Below, piece by piece: positions 9,443 through 19,211 of a stretch of 64,000 nucleotides of DNA. The position numbers and the translations under genes were made by a program. Where the stretch lies: contig CAIOKE010000157.1 of assembly GCA_903858815.1 (NCBI GenBank), forward strand, positions 21,682 through 85,681, in the 5' to 3' direction. A model generated the notes under the pieces. That model had not been told where the DNA came from. It did no database searches and worked only from the letters and a program-made list of their open reading frames with translations. This DNA comes from an uncultured Planctomycetaceae bacterium (GTDB lineage: Bacteria > Planctomycetota > Planctomycetia > Planctomycetales > Planctomycetaceae). The first letter of the stretch is position 1; every line of letters begins with the position of its first letter.

Positions 9443-11587
9443 ATGCACCGTCTGCTCTCAACTGCCCTGCTGACCATTGCTCTGTTCTGCAGCCATCCGG
9501 CCTGCAGCAGCACCTCGAAAGCTCAGGACGTGAAAATCACCTATCCCACCACCAGAACAGTCGAACAGATTGATGAATTCCACGGCACCAAAGTCGCCGA
9601 TCCCTACCGCTGGCTGGAAGACGATGTTCGCGTGTCAAAGGAATCAGCTGCCTGGGTGGAAGCTCAGAACGCCGTCACCTTTGACTTCCTCAAATCCATT
9701 CCGCAGCGCGAAACAATCCGTCAGCGCATGACGGAACTCTGGAACTACGAAAAGGTCGGGGCCCCCTTCCGACGCGGTGGCCGCTACTACTTTTCACGCA
9801 ATGACGGCCTGCAGAACCAGAATGTCCTCTGGATGCAGGAAACACTGCAATCAGAACCCACTGTGCTGCTTGACCCCAACACATGGTCAAAGGATGGCAC
9901 CACTGCACTCTCCGGAAGTGCCTTCAGCGACGACGGACGCTACGTGGCCTACGCGGTACAGCAGGCCGGCTCTGACTGGAACACGTGGAAGGTGATGGAA
10001 ATCGCCACAAACAAAGTCCTTGACGATGAAATTCGCTGGGTGAAATTCAGCTCGGCCGAGTGGACTCCGGATAGTCAGGGCTTCTTCTATGCACGCTACC
10101 CGGAACCCGCCGCAGACGCCGCCTTCCAGTCACTCAATCGTGACATGAAGGTTTACTACCACCGCATCGGCACACCTCAGTCCGCTGATGTGCTGGTCTA
10201 TGAACGCCCGGATCAGCCAGACTGGGGCTTCCAGCTCAGCGTCTCAGAAGATGGCCGCTATCTGATCATTACCGTCTGGGTCGGTACTGATGACCGTTAT
10301 CGCATCGTCGTCAAGGATCTGCGCGAACCCTACGGCCTGCCGTGGGAGCTGATCAACAACTTTGAAAATGAGTATTCGTATGTGGGGAATGACGGTGAGG
10401 TCCTGTTTTTTCAGACCAACCTGAACGCTCCCAATCGCCGCATCATCGCCATCAACCTCCGGAAGCCTCAGAAGGAACACTGGAAGGAACTGATTCCGCA
10501 ATCCGAAAACGCCCTCGAAAGCACTCGCATCGTCGGCAACATGTTCGTCTGCAGCTACCTGAAAGATGCCCGCACTCAGGTGCGCCTGCATGCAATGGAC
10601 GGCACCTTTGTTCGTGAAGTGCAGTTCCCTGGTATCGGTTCAGCGGCCGGCTTCGACGGTCGTCGCGGTGACACCGAAACCTTCTACTCCTTCAGCAGCT
10701 TTGCACTGCCTCCCACAACCTATCGTTACAATATGATCACCGGGGAAAGCCAGGAATTCCGACGGTCAGCGGTCAAATTCAATCCGGATGACTACGAAAC
10801 GTCCCAGGTGTTCTACACCAGCCGCGACGGCACCCGTATTCCCATGTTTCTGTGCCACCGTAAAGGCCTGCAGCAGGACGGCACCAATCCCGTCCTGCTG
10901 TACGGCTATGGTGGCTTTAACATTTCGATCACACCGTCCTTCAGTGTCAGCCGGATCACCTGGATGGAAATGGGCGGGGTCCTCGCAGTTGCCAATTTGC
11001 GCGGTGGTGGTGAATACGGCGAAAAATGGCACAAAGCCGGCACCAAACTGCAGAAACAGAATGTCTTCGATGACTTCATTTCGGCTGCGGAATGGCTGAT
11101 CCAGAACAAGTACACCAGCAGCTCCCGACTGGCCATTCAGGGTCGCAGCAATGGAGGACTGCTGGTTGGAGCCTGTATGACGCAGCGTCCGGATCTGTTC
11201 GGTGCCTGCCTGCCAGGGGTCGGCGTGATGGACATGCTGCGATTCCACCGCTTCACCGCCGGTCGATTCTGGACCGACGACTACGGCAGTGCAGACAACG
11301 CCGAGGAGTTTCCGGCCCTCCTGAAATACTCCCCCTATCACAACCTGAAGCCAGGTACCAGGTACCCGGCCACCATGGTGACCACTGCCGATACTGACGA
11401 CCGTGTGGTACCCGGGCACAGTTTCAAATTCGCCGCTCGCCTGCAGGCAACTCACACCGGAACAGCCCCGGTGCTCATCCGAATCGAAACGTCAGCCGGT
11501 CACGGTGCAGGTAAACCAACTGCAAAGATCATCGAAGAATCGTCCGACGAACTCGCGTTTCTCGTTCGATCACTGGGGATGAAATAA
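9443..11587 (+). CDS. prolyl oligopeptidase (S9A), secreted
   Basis: N-terminal signal, then YPTTRTVEQIDEFHGTKVADPYRWLED. The catalytic region has GRSNGGLL (GxSxGG), a C-terminal D...GHG triad context, and an AGGAG-like RBS 8 nt upstream of the ATG. Confidence 0.9.
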   Translation: MHRLLSTALLTIALFCSHPACSSTSKAQDVKITYPTTRTVEQIDEFHGTKVADPYRWLEDDVRVSKESAAWVEAQNAVTFDFLKSIPQRETIRQRMTELWNYEKVGAPFRRGGRYYFSRNDGLQNQNVLWMQETLQSEPTVLLDPNTWSKDGTTALSGSAFSDDGRYVAYAVQQAGSDWNTWKVMEIATNKVLDDEIRWVKFSSAEWTPDSQGFFYARYPEPAADAAFQSLNRDMKVYYHRIGTPQSADVLVYERPDQPDWGFQLSVSEDGRYLIITVWVGTDDRYRIVVKDLREPYGLPWELINNFENEYSYVGNDGEVLFFQTNLNAPNRRIIAINLRKPQKEHWKELIPQSENALESTRIVGNMFVCSYLKDARTQVRLHAMDGTFVREVQFPGIGSAAGFDGRRGDTETFYSFSSFALPPTTYRYNMITGESQEFRRSAVKFNPDDYETSQVFYTSRDGTRIPMFLCHRKGLQQDGTNPVLLYGYGGFNISITPSFSVSRITWMEMGGVLAVANLRGGGEYGEKWHKAGTKLQKQNVFDDFISAAEWLIQNKYTSSSRLAIQGRSNGGLLVGACMTQRPDLFGACLPGVGVMDMLRFHRFTAGRFWTDDYGSADNAEEFPALLKYSPYHNLKPGTRYPATMVTTADTDDRVVPGHSFKFAARLQATHTGTAPVLIRIETSAGHGAGKPTAKIIEESSDELAFLVRSLGMK

Positions 11588-11618
11588 GCGGCCACGAGTT
11601 GTTCATCGACGACTGGCG

Positions 11619-12167
11619 TCAGGGCTTCAGGCGAATGTCCGGCTCATCGTCGATGACCTCAAGGTCATCAATCACCTCAACTTCGTCCAGCTGTTCAGCC
11701 TGATCGCTCGAATGGAATCGGGCGTCACTGGACGGTGCTGACATCCGCTGATCTCGAATCGTGTCTGCGTCTGAAGGTTCATCCAGGGAAATACCATTGC
11801 CCGGCAGGATCTGCACGGCGCGAATCGGCGGGGTCTGTCCAGCGGCCTGAACAACCGGTGACGCAGAACGCGGCGCCACGGCGCTGTCAATAAATACGTA
11901 CCGCAGGTCGCCAATCGATATTTCCAGACCGTTTTCCAGCTTCAGATCCCGCAGCACTCGCTCGCCACCACACCAGACGCCATTCATACTGCCAAGGTCA
12001 CGAATGAAGTACTCGTTGTTGACCTGCACAATGGCGCAGTGAATTCGCGAGATGCGAGTACTGGTTTCAAGGATCACGTCACAGTCGTTGCTGCGGCCAA
12101 TCAGAACGACCGCACGGTCAACAGAAATCTGTCGACCCGGGCCCAGCGGTTGCAGGATTGCAGCCAT
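11619..12167 (-). CDS. FHA domain-containing protein with an acidic C-terminal tail
   Basis: VVLIGRSNDCDVILETSTRISRIHCAIVQVNNEYFIRDLGSMNGVWCGGERV is a canonical FHA core (GR...S..H...D..S.NG). The C-terminus is Asp/Glu rich (EVEVIDDLEVIDDEPD). Confidence 0.8.
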   Translation of the reverse strand: MAAILQPLGPGRQISVDRAVVLIGRSNDCDVILETSTRISRIHCAIVQVNNEYFIRDLGSMNGVWCGGERVLRDLKLENGLEISIGDLRYVFIDSAVAPRSASPVVQAAGQTPPIRAVQILPGNGISLDEPSDADTIRDQRMSAPSSDARFHSSDQAEQLDEVEVIDDLEVIDDEPDIRLKP

Positions 12168-12267
12168 TCTGATGATCCGAGCTAAAGTGGACCGGCAACA
12201 ACGTGCGGAAGTCAGCAGAACTTCCGGCCGACACCAAAAAACTATCTCACAACCCTATGGCAGGAAC

Positions 12268-12295
12268 GACCGAGCCGCAAAAATCCGGCTCGGTC
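12268..12295 (-). other. perfect 10-bp stem hairpin (GACCGAGCCG-8 nt-CGGCTCGGTC) between two same-strand genes
   Basis: Read directly from the sequence. A second 7-bp hairpin, CGGAAGT-7 nt-ACTTCCG, lies at 12206-12226. Neither stem is followed by a clear U-tract on either strand. Confidence 0.5.
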
Positions 12296-12341
12296 GCACC
12301 ATTCTATTCCTCAGATACGGCACAATCCGCCCGCAAAAGCC

Positions 12342-12824
12342 TCAATTGGCTGTCTCAGACCGCACATCCAGCTGGTCTCGCCGGCTGAACAGCGCCTTCA
12401 GCCGTTCACGTGAATAAATCCGCACCACGTTTTTCTTATACCGCAGACGACCCAGTTCGTCGTAATCAATGTGCTCAGCAATCTGCGGTGTCGCCAGATC
12501 CGCATAAAGAGCAGCAAAGGTCTCGGGGTCAACACCACGCCCCTCCTCAAGATCCTGCTCAGCGTTCACTCCCCCCACCGACGAACTGAAAAAGTTCACG
12601 CCTGACGTGACAGTCGAGCTCTGTCCGCCCGCAGACAGCAGGCTGTTCAGCTCCTTCACAGACTTGCTAACGGCGTGATAAGCCTTCAGCACGTCCTGCC
12701 CCACATCATTGCTGCTCCCGTCCTGGCTGACGGCAGAAAGCGTTGCCGGCTGCGTCAACGCACCCGCCACATAGCCCAACGCCAGCAGCACAGCCGCACC
12801 CATCAGTTTTCTGGTCCGCATCAT
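12342..12824 (-). CDS. hypothetical secreted protein (~160 aa)
   Basis: Internal start MMRTRKLMGAAVLLALGYVAGAL gives a classic signal peptide. No recognisable domain. Confidence 0.55.
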   Translation of the reverse strand: MMRTRKLMGAAVLLALGYVAGALTQPATLSAVSQDGSSNDVGQDVLKAYHAVSKSVKELNSLLSAGGQSSTVTSGVNFFSSSVGGVNAEQDLEEGRGVDPETFAALYADLATPQIAEHIDYDELGRLRYKKNVVRIYSRERLKALFSRRDQLDVRSETAN

Positions 12825-12867
12825 GACTGAAACCCTGTAATAGCAGAAGCAAATCCCCGATCCAGAA

Positions 12868-13062
12868 TCAGGCAGCGCGTCGCTCTGTCGATCTGCGAAC
12901 ATCATCTGCAGTCGGCTGAGCAGGCAGATCGGACTCACCCACGACTTCGTTGACCGTCCCGAACCGAAAGCTCAGACCCATCATCAGCATGCAAGCCGCA
13001 ATCGCAGCAAGGCAACCAAGAACAGCCATCTGATCATCTGAAAAAAGATTCATGTTGTCCAT
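12868..13062 (-). CDS. possible small single-pass membrane protein (64 aa)
   Basis: ATG at 13062 (MDNMNLFSDDQMAVLGCLAAIAACMLMMGLSF), with one hydrophobic helix, same strand and 43 nt upstream of the next gene. Supported only by ORF structure. Confidence 0.3.
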   Translation of the reverse strand: MDNMNLFSDDQMAVLGCLAAIAACMLMMGLSFRFGTVNEVVGESDLPAQPTADDVRRSTERRAA

Positions 13063-13263
13063 GTACCCTATATCCTGTGGCTTTGGGGGCGCGCCCCGAC
13101 CTGTCACAGACACGGTCCGGCGCAGGCAGCCTCGTTCGGCAGGTCCTGCCTGAGTTTTTCGGCGAATTCCCTCCGAGGCTTCAGCAGGACGCAGACACCG
13201 GCCGGCAATCCCACGCGAAACTGCACTCGCAGCGGACAGGCAAAGCAGGGCAAAACACAGAGA

Positions 13264-16200
13264 ATGTTCCCGCTGTTCCGGTCAGGCAAGGCAGGTAAGG
13301 CCTGTGGCCGGCCACCAACCGTCCCCGGAATTCCCCACGACATTACCCCCGCCAAAGAATTGCATTGCAGCAGTGGTGCCGATTTTTCCCGAAAGAGTGT
13401 CTGTCACGAATCGCCGGTCAATTCTGCTTCACACAGGCCTGCTACGGTGCTACCCGCTTCCCTGCATTCCACCGCTCGTCTGCCACACACCGCAGCCGTA
13501 CTGCCGGTTCTGCTGCTGGTCAGTACCCTGCTGCTGACTGGCTGTTCGGATCAGCGAAAGCAGGCCGGACGCCTCGTTACCGAAGGCACCGAACTGCGGG
13601 GCGCTGGCAGACATGCCGAAGCACTCCGGAAACTGAGTCAGGCGACAGCACTGGCGCCGGAGATGGCGGAAGCGCACTACGGTCGTGGCCTCTGTCTCTC
13701 GGCTCTGGACCGCCCGGCAGAGGCTGTAATCGCCCTCGAAACCGCCGTGCGACTGAAGCCTGACTGGGCCGAGGCACTGCAGGCCCTCGGAACTGCTCAG
13801 CTCAGAGATCATGACCCGATCTCTGCTGAACAAACCCTGACTCGCGCGATCGAAACTGATGCACGACTCACTGCTGCCTGGTTCACCCGTAGTGAAATCC
13901 GGCTGCAGTCGCTGCAGGAGTCGGCCGCACTCCACGACCTCGATGCTGTTATCCGCCGCGCCCCCGATCATCGGGAAGCACGCCTGAGACGAGCTCGCCT
14001 GCTGCTCGAATCACACCCCGAACAGGCCATCGAGGATCTGTCCGTTCTGCTGCAGCATGATCGATTGAACACCGAAGCTCTGCTGCTGCGTGGTCGCGCG
14101 TGGGGCAATGCCGGTAATCAGCAGCGCGCCCTCTCTGATCTGGCAGCAGCCTGTCAGCTGCAGCCGGAAATGCAGGTCGCATGGCGCGAACGCGGCAGAC
14201 AACTGCGTATCTCAGGCGATCCTGAGGCAGCTCGCAGGGACCTGCAGCACGCCCTGCAACTTGCACCGCAGGATACAGAAACACTGTTCGAACTGGCACT
14301 GACCGAAAAACTGCAGGGTGACCGATCTGAGGCTGAACGACTGCTGCTGCGGGTGCTTGCCCTCGCCCCGGAACATCCGGCCGCACGCCTCGAATCCGCA
14401 CGCCTGCTGATGGAAAATGATCAGCACTCAGATGCTTCCCGGATCCTCACCGGCATGATCGAGGATCCTGTTCTGTCAGCTCTGAAGCCCGCGATACTCG
14501 GCGATGCCAGACTGCTGCTGGCAACAGCTCTCGAACAGCTGAAGCAGCCCGAAACAGCGCTGCAGCAGACGACCATTCTGCTGGCCGAACGCCCCCACGA
14601 TGAAACAACCCGTCGGCTGCATGCCGACCTGCTCCAACAGCTCAGCAGATCACAGGAGGCCCTGAAAGAATTGACATGGCTGCTCTCTCAGCGACATGAG
14701 GATGCAGAGCTCCGACTGCAGCGAGCCGGCCTGCAGGCTGAAAGCTGTGACTACACGGCGGCCCTGCAGGATCTGAATGTCATTCTGTCCACAGCCCCGG
14801 AACATGCCCCCGCCCTGCTGCTGCGAGCCCGCGTGCTGCAGTCGCTGGAGAATCCCGTGGCTGCCCTGCAGGATGCTGATCAGCTGCTGCTGCTGCCCGC
14901 CGTAAGCTGTGACGCTCGACGACTGCGAGCCGATCTGCTGACACAATTGCAGCGCGAACCAGAAGCCGATGCTGAATACCTGCACCCGGATCTGCTCCCG
15001 CAGGCCACCGAACAGATTCTGCTGCGACTGATTGCCGCAGCCGGTCGCACCGGAGGTACAGCCGCGCAGCAGGAACTGCTCGATCGCGCAATCACAGCCT
15101 GCCCGGCCGCACTCTCCACCACACTGCAGATGCAACACGCCCAACTGCTGCTCGAACAGGGCCAGCTTTCCAAAGCCCTCACAACACTGGAACAGCTTCC
15201 GGAAAACGAACGACAGCAGCCCCACGTACTGCTGCTGACCGCCCGAATCCAGCTGGCAAACGAACATCCTCACGAAGCTGTCCGACTGTTACAGCAGATC
15301 CCCGAAAATTCAGGAACACCCGAAATTCTGCAGCTGCTGGCCGATACACTCATACGCTGTGGTCAGAACACAGAAGCCCGGCAGATCCTCAATCAGCTCA
15401 TCGAAATCTCACCCGCAGAAGCCTCACCTCGAATCCAGCGTCTGAAAATCCTGACAGAACTTGAGGCGTGGCAGGATGCTGAAGAGGACGCGGATGTCGT
15501 ACTGCTCCATGATCCGGACAATGGGCACGCTCGCCTCGTCCGAGGCATGCGGCATGCCCAGACCGGCAACACAGCGGCCGCTCTGACGGATCTGGAATCC
15601 GATCAGGTACGAAAACTGGATACAACAGCGGTTGTCTGGGCCCGTTGTCGCTGCCTGCTCGCTGCCGAGCGATCCACGCAGGCGTCTGCAGAACTCAGCA
15701 GACTGCTGCTGGAAGCTCCGGACCATGATGAAGCAAGACTGGCGCGAGCCGACCTTGAACTGGCCCGCGGCAACTTTCGTGAAGCATCTGCCGACTACTC
15801 TGTACTGCTGAAAAAACAGCCTCAAAATCCCGAACTGCTGCTCAAACGAGCCCGGTTGCTGCTGAAGGTCGGCAGAAATGATGCTGCAGAAACCGACCTC
15901 ATGCAGTTGCTCAGACTACAGCCACTGTCCGCTGAAGCGTGGCATCTGCGAGGACTGGCCAGAGGTCGTATGGGACAACGCGATGTGGCCCGCCGTGACC
16001 TCGAACGCAGCCTGCGACTTGATGCCACTAACATCAACTGCCTGTTCGACCTCGCCGATCTGGAAGTCTCCGATTCGCGCCCCGTCGCCGCACTGGTGCT
16101 CTATGATGCGGCCCTGCAGCTGAAACCCGATCACGCCATCGGTTGGTATAACCGCGGGCTCGCACTCTATCGCCTGAATCGGCTTGCGGAAGCTGCTGAC

Positions 16201-16680
16201 GCATGGACCAGAACCATTGAACTGCGTCCGGGCCTCGATCGCGCGTGGCACAGTCGGGCACAGGCCCGCACCGCCCTTGGTCAGCACTCGGATGCACGCC
16301 GAGACCTTGAACAGGTGCTGGCACTGAAACCAGGTGATCCACAGGCATGGGAACACTACGCTCGCCAGCTGCTCCGTTGCCCTGATCCGGCACTCAAAGA
16401 TTCGGCACAGGCCGTCCTCGCTGCCAGAAAAGCATGCGAATTATCCGAATTTCGGGACTGGAAACTGCTTTCGCTGCTGGCCGAAACCCTGCAGGCAAAT
16501 GGTCAGCCAAACGAAGCCCTGACGTGGGCCGAACAGGCTCGCCGCACCGCCCCCACGACTCAAAGAACGGCTCCCGCACAACTGGCCCGCTCACTGCAGA
16601 ATCAGGTTGAAGCCAATGCAGCAGAGCCCTCGACGAAGACCCGCACTGCTGTCGCTCCCGCTCGCACAAACCGGCTGTAA
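13264..16680 (+). CDS. very large tetratricopeptide (TPR) repeat protein, probable lipoprotein
   Basis: About 1,000 aa of consecutive 34-residue Ala/Leu/Arg-rich TPR-like units (e.g. AEAHYGRGLCLSALDRPAEAVIALETAVRLKPDWAEA). The N-terminus has the lipobox-like LLLTGC. The true start may be the in-frame GTG at 13447. Confidence 0.85.
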   Translation: MFPLFRSGKAGKACGRPPTVPGIPHDITPAKELHCSSGADFSRKSVCHESPVNSASHRPATVLPASLHSTARLPHTAAVLPVLLLVSTLLLTGCSDQRKQAGRLVTEGTELRGAGRHAEALRKLSQATALAPEMAEAHYGRGLCLSALDRPAEAVIALETAVRLKPDWAEALQALGTAQLRDHDPISAEQTLTRAIETDARLTAAWFTRSEIRLQSLQESAALHDLDAVIRRAPDHREARLRRARLLLESHPEQAIEDLSVLLQHDRLNTEALLLRGRAWGNAGNQQRALSDLAAACQLQPEMQVAWRERGRQLRISGDPEAARRDLQHALQLAPQDTETLFELALTEKLQGDRSEAERLLLRVLALAPEHPAARLESARLLMENDQHSDASRILTGMIEDPVLSALKPAILGDARLLLATALEQLKQPETALQQTTILLAERPHDETTRRLHADLLQQLSRSQEALKELTWLLSQRHEDAELRLQRAGLQAESCDYTAALQDLNVILSTAPEHAPALLLRARVLQSLENPVAALQDADQLLLLPAVSCDARRLRADLLTQLQREPEADAEYLHPDLLPQATEQILLRLIAAAGRTGGTAAQQELLDRAITACPAALSTTLQMQHAQLLLEQGQLSKALTTLEQLPENERQQPHVLLLTARIQLANEHPHEAVRLLQQIPENSGTPEILQLLADTLIRCGQNTEARQILNQLIEISPAEASPRIQRLKILTELEAWQDAEEDADVVLLHDPDNGHARLVRGMRHAQTGNTAAALTDLESDQVRKLDTTAVVWARCRCLLAAERSTQASAELSRLLLEAPDHDEARLARADLELARGNFREASADYSVLLKKQPQNPELLLKRARLLLKVGRNDAAETDLMQLLRLQPLSAEAWHLRGLARGRMGQRDVARRDLERSLRLDATNINCLFDLADLEVSDSRPVAALVLYDAALQLKPDHAIGWYNRGLALYRLNRLAEAADAWTRTIELRPGLDRAWHSRAQARTALGQHSDARRDLEQVLALKPGDPQAWEHYARQLLRCPDPALKDSAQAVLAARKACELSEFRDWKLLSLLAETLQANGQPNEALTWAEQARRTAPTTQRTAPAQLARSLQNQVEANAAEPSTKTRTAVAPARTNRL

Positions 16681-16694
16681 ACCTGTCAGAACGG

Positions 16695-17756
16695 TCAGGC
16701 AGGTCGACCAGCCGCGGCCGGTCGGCCGGGTCGCTGAGGTGCAGGGCAGCAGTCCGTCGGACAAACATCGTGGTTGGCCGGATACAGCCCGATGCATTCC
16801 CGTTCCGCACCCCTCAGACGCTCTTCAATCAGCTTGCGAATCATCTGTATGAACTGCGGATGTGTCCCGGGAGTCGCTGCTCGGACCATCGTCATCCCCA
16901 GTTCATCACACAAATGCCGCGCCGCGTCGTCAAGGTCGTACAACACTTCCATGTGATCTGAAAGAAAACCAACCGGAGAAATGACAACGCTCCGCACTCC
17001 AGCAGCATGCAGTTCACGGATGTAATCCAGAATGTCAGGCTCCAGCCACGGATCCTCAGGACGACCACTGCGACTCTGATACACAAGACGATACTGGTCG
17101 GCCCCCAGAGAAAGACGCTCGGCAGTCAACCGACAGCTCTCTCCCAATTGTCGCTGATAATCCGATGTGTTGGCCATCCCCATCGGAATGCTGTGAGCCG
17201 TGAAGGCGACAGCCGGAACCTGACCGCCGGCAGCAGCCTGATGCACTGCAGCACCCACAGACTCAGACAACACATCGATGAAATCCGGATGATTATAAAA
17301 GACTCGGATCTTGTGCACTTCCATCCCGGCCAGGGCCGGATCCTGCAGGGCAGCCAGAATGTTCTCACGATACTGGCGACAACCCGAATAACAGCTGAAC
17401 CCACTGGTTACGTAGGTCAACACCTTACGCACGCCGTCCCGATGCATCTGCTGCAATGTCTCGGGAAGCAGCGGATGCCAGTTCCGATTGCCCCAGTAAA
17501 TCGGCAGTTGAATACCGGCAGCAGACAGCTCCTGCTGCAGCGCCGTGATCAGCTCACGGCACTGCTGATTAATCGGGCTGACCCCATCGTAATGGTAATA
17601 GTGCTCAGCCACTTCCAGCAGACGCTCGCGCGGCACTGGTTTGCCTCGGAGCACGTTTTCCAGGAACGGAATCACGTCCTCACGCTTTTCCGGTCCACCA
17701 AAGGAAAGCACCAGAATTGCATCATAGGCACAGGTCGTTGTCATTGGCGGATCCAT
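16695..17756 (-). CDS. hemH: ferrochelatase with a Cys-rich C-terminal extension
   Basis: AILVLSFGGPEKREDVIPFLENV, FTAHSIP, SRSGRPEDPWLEPD and GFLSDHMEVLYDLD are ferrochelatase signatures. The start is ATG 17756 or 17744; the longest ORF reaches 17861. Confidence 0.9.
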   Translation of the reverse strand: MDPPMTTTCAYDAILVLSFGGPEKREDVIPFLENVLRGKPVPRERLLEVAEHYYHYDGVSPINQQCRELITALQQELSAAGIQLPIYWGNRNWHPLLPETLQQMHRDGVRKVLTYVTSGFSCYSGCRQYRENILAALQDPALAGMEVHKIRVFYNHPDFIDVLSESVGAAVHQAAAGGQVPAVAFTAHSIPMGMANTSDYQRQLGESCRLTAERLSLGADQYRLVYQSRSGRPEDPWLEPDILDYIRELHAAGVRSVVISPVGFLSDHMEVLYDLDDAARHLCDELGMTMVRAATPGTHPQFIQMIRKLIEERLRGAERECIGLYPANHDVCPTDCCPAPQRPGRPAAAGRPA

Positions 17757-17913
17757 GCGGGCAGGCAGGCGTGCAGCCTGATTCGGATGAGGGCAGTCGC
17801 TGAACCCCCTAATATAGACACGCACGCCGTTCAGGCTGTCGCCAATCCACAGAAACAGCAATTCCGCAGAAATTACCGCTCAACAAGCCGTCAGACCGCT
17901 TAGAACAGCAAAA

Positions 17914-18786
17914 TCAGATCCGCGGGCGGATCGTGCGAGCAAACGCTTCAAGATGCATGAAGTTGTCACAAAATGTCGTGAACCGCAGCATTCGACGCAC
18001 TTCCCCCGTCATCCCCTGACCGCCCACCACCAACGCACACCCAAATGCCGTCGCTGTGTCAAACAGTGTGTTGAAACTGGCGATGAATCGGTCCACGTTG
18101 CGAATCGTCGAGACACTGACCCACATCAAAGACGGGCGGTCAATCTCTATCGCCCGACGCAGAGTCTCAAAAGGTAACATGTGCCCAAGGGAAACAGCAC
18201 GCCAGCCACAGTCCCGCAGGACCAGTTCAGCCATACTGACCGCCAGCGTATACGGGTCGCCGTCCAGAGTCCCCCCCAGTGCCAAAGGTCCATTCTCAGG
18301 ACCAGCACCCACGGCATTCCGCAGCTCATGCAGAACTCGCAGGCAGGTTTCGCAGGCCCGACGCTCCTGATAGACCTCGACTTCACCACACTGCCACATA
18401 TCGCCAATACGGTGGAACGCCGGCCCCATGATCTGATCACAGATCCGAGAAACACCCATCCCCCTGATGTAAAGATCAAGAATGACACGGCGGGCCGTCA
18501 TCTCGTCCCCCGTCGTCATCGCACGCATGAACTCGCCGGCAGCGCCCTGCTCAGCGATCGTGCCGGACCCGGTCCCCGGAGGCAACCCAATCGCTTCCGG
18601 ATTCGCCAGGGACATCTTCTCGTCTCGAACATATCGCAGTACCGAATCCAGCAGTAGCCTGCGATGGCCACCACCGGTCTTCGATGCCTGAATCAAACCC
18701 TTGTCCACCCAGCGCTTCAGCGAAGACTCGCTGACACCTATGGCTACGGCTACTTCTCGTGGCGAAAAGAACTGGCTCACAACCAT
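17914..18786 (-). CDS. HTH (MerR/excisionase-type) DNA-binding protein fused to a cobalamin-binding-like domain (CarH/LitR-like architecture)
   Basis: N-terminus FSPREVAVAIGVSESSLKRWVDKGLI...GGGHRRL is an HTH_17/MerR-type helix-turn-helix. The middle has IGDMWQCGEVEVYQER (a Wx9E.. helix bundle). The C-terminus has a Rossmann-like region with LGGTLDGDPYTLAV...VSVS...VVGGQG. Confidence 0.75.
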   Translation of the reverse strand: MVVSQFFSPREVAVAIGVSESSLKRWVDKGLIQASKTGGGHRRLLLDSVLRYVRDEKMSLANPEAIGLPPGTGSGTIAEQGAAGEFMRAMTTGDEMTARRVILDLYIRGMGVSRICDQIMGPAFHRIGDMWQCGEVEVYQERRACETCLRVLHELRNAVGAGPENGPLALGGTLDGDPYTLAVSMAELVLRDCGWRAVSLGHMLPFETLRRAIEIDRPSLMWVSVSTIRNVDRFIASFNTLFDTATAFGCALVVGGQGMTGEVRRMLRFTTFCDNFMHLEAFARTIRPRI

Positions 18787-19211
18787 TTCTCACAACAAGA
18801 GGCACTGCGACTGGAAAAAAGACCCCAACGTCGAAAAAAACAAACATTCCAGCGAGTGTTCTAGGCTGACCGTCCGCCATGGCCAAAATGCACGGCTTGA
18901 TTTCCAAGGCTTTTTTGAAACTTCCGCCGCAATACCGGCAAATCGTTCAAACTTAGCCGATCGTAAGCCCAAAACGGTCAAAACAGCCTTTTTCACCCCT
19001 TGGCCACGCTCAGAACCCCATGCCCACCGACCTCAACACTCCCAACGATCGGATCTTTAACTGAACAAAAGGCCAGACGCTCCCTGCTCGAGCACGCGTG
19101 CGTTGCCACTGCGATATAATCCCCCACACACATCGGAAATATCTATAAACAATCCAATTTCGGACCCAAAGTTCCCGAATTTAGCAGCGACACAGCACCA
19201 GCGACAGATGC

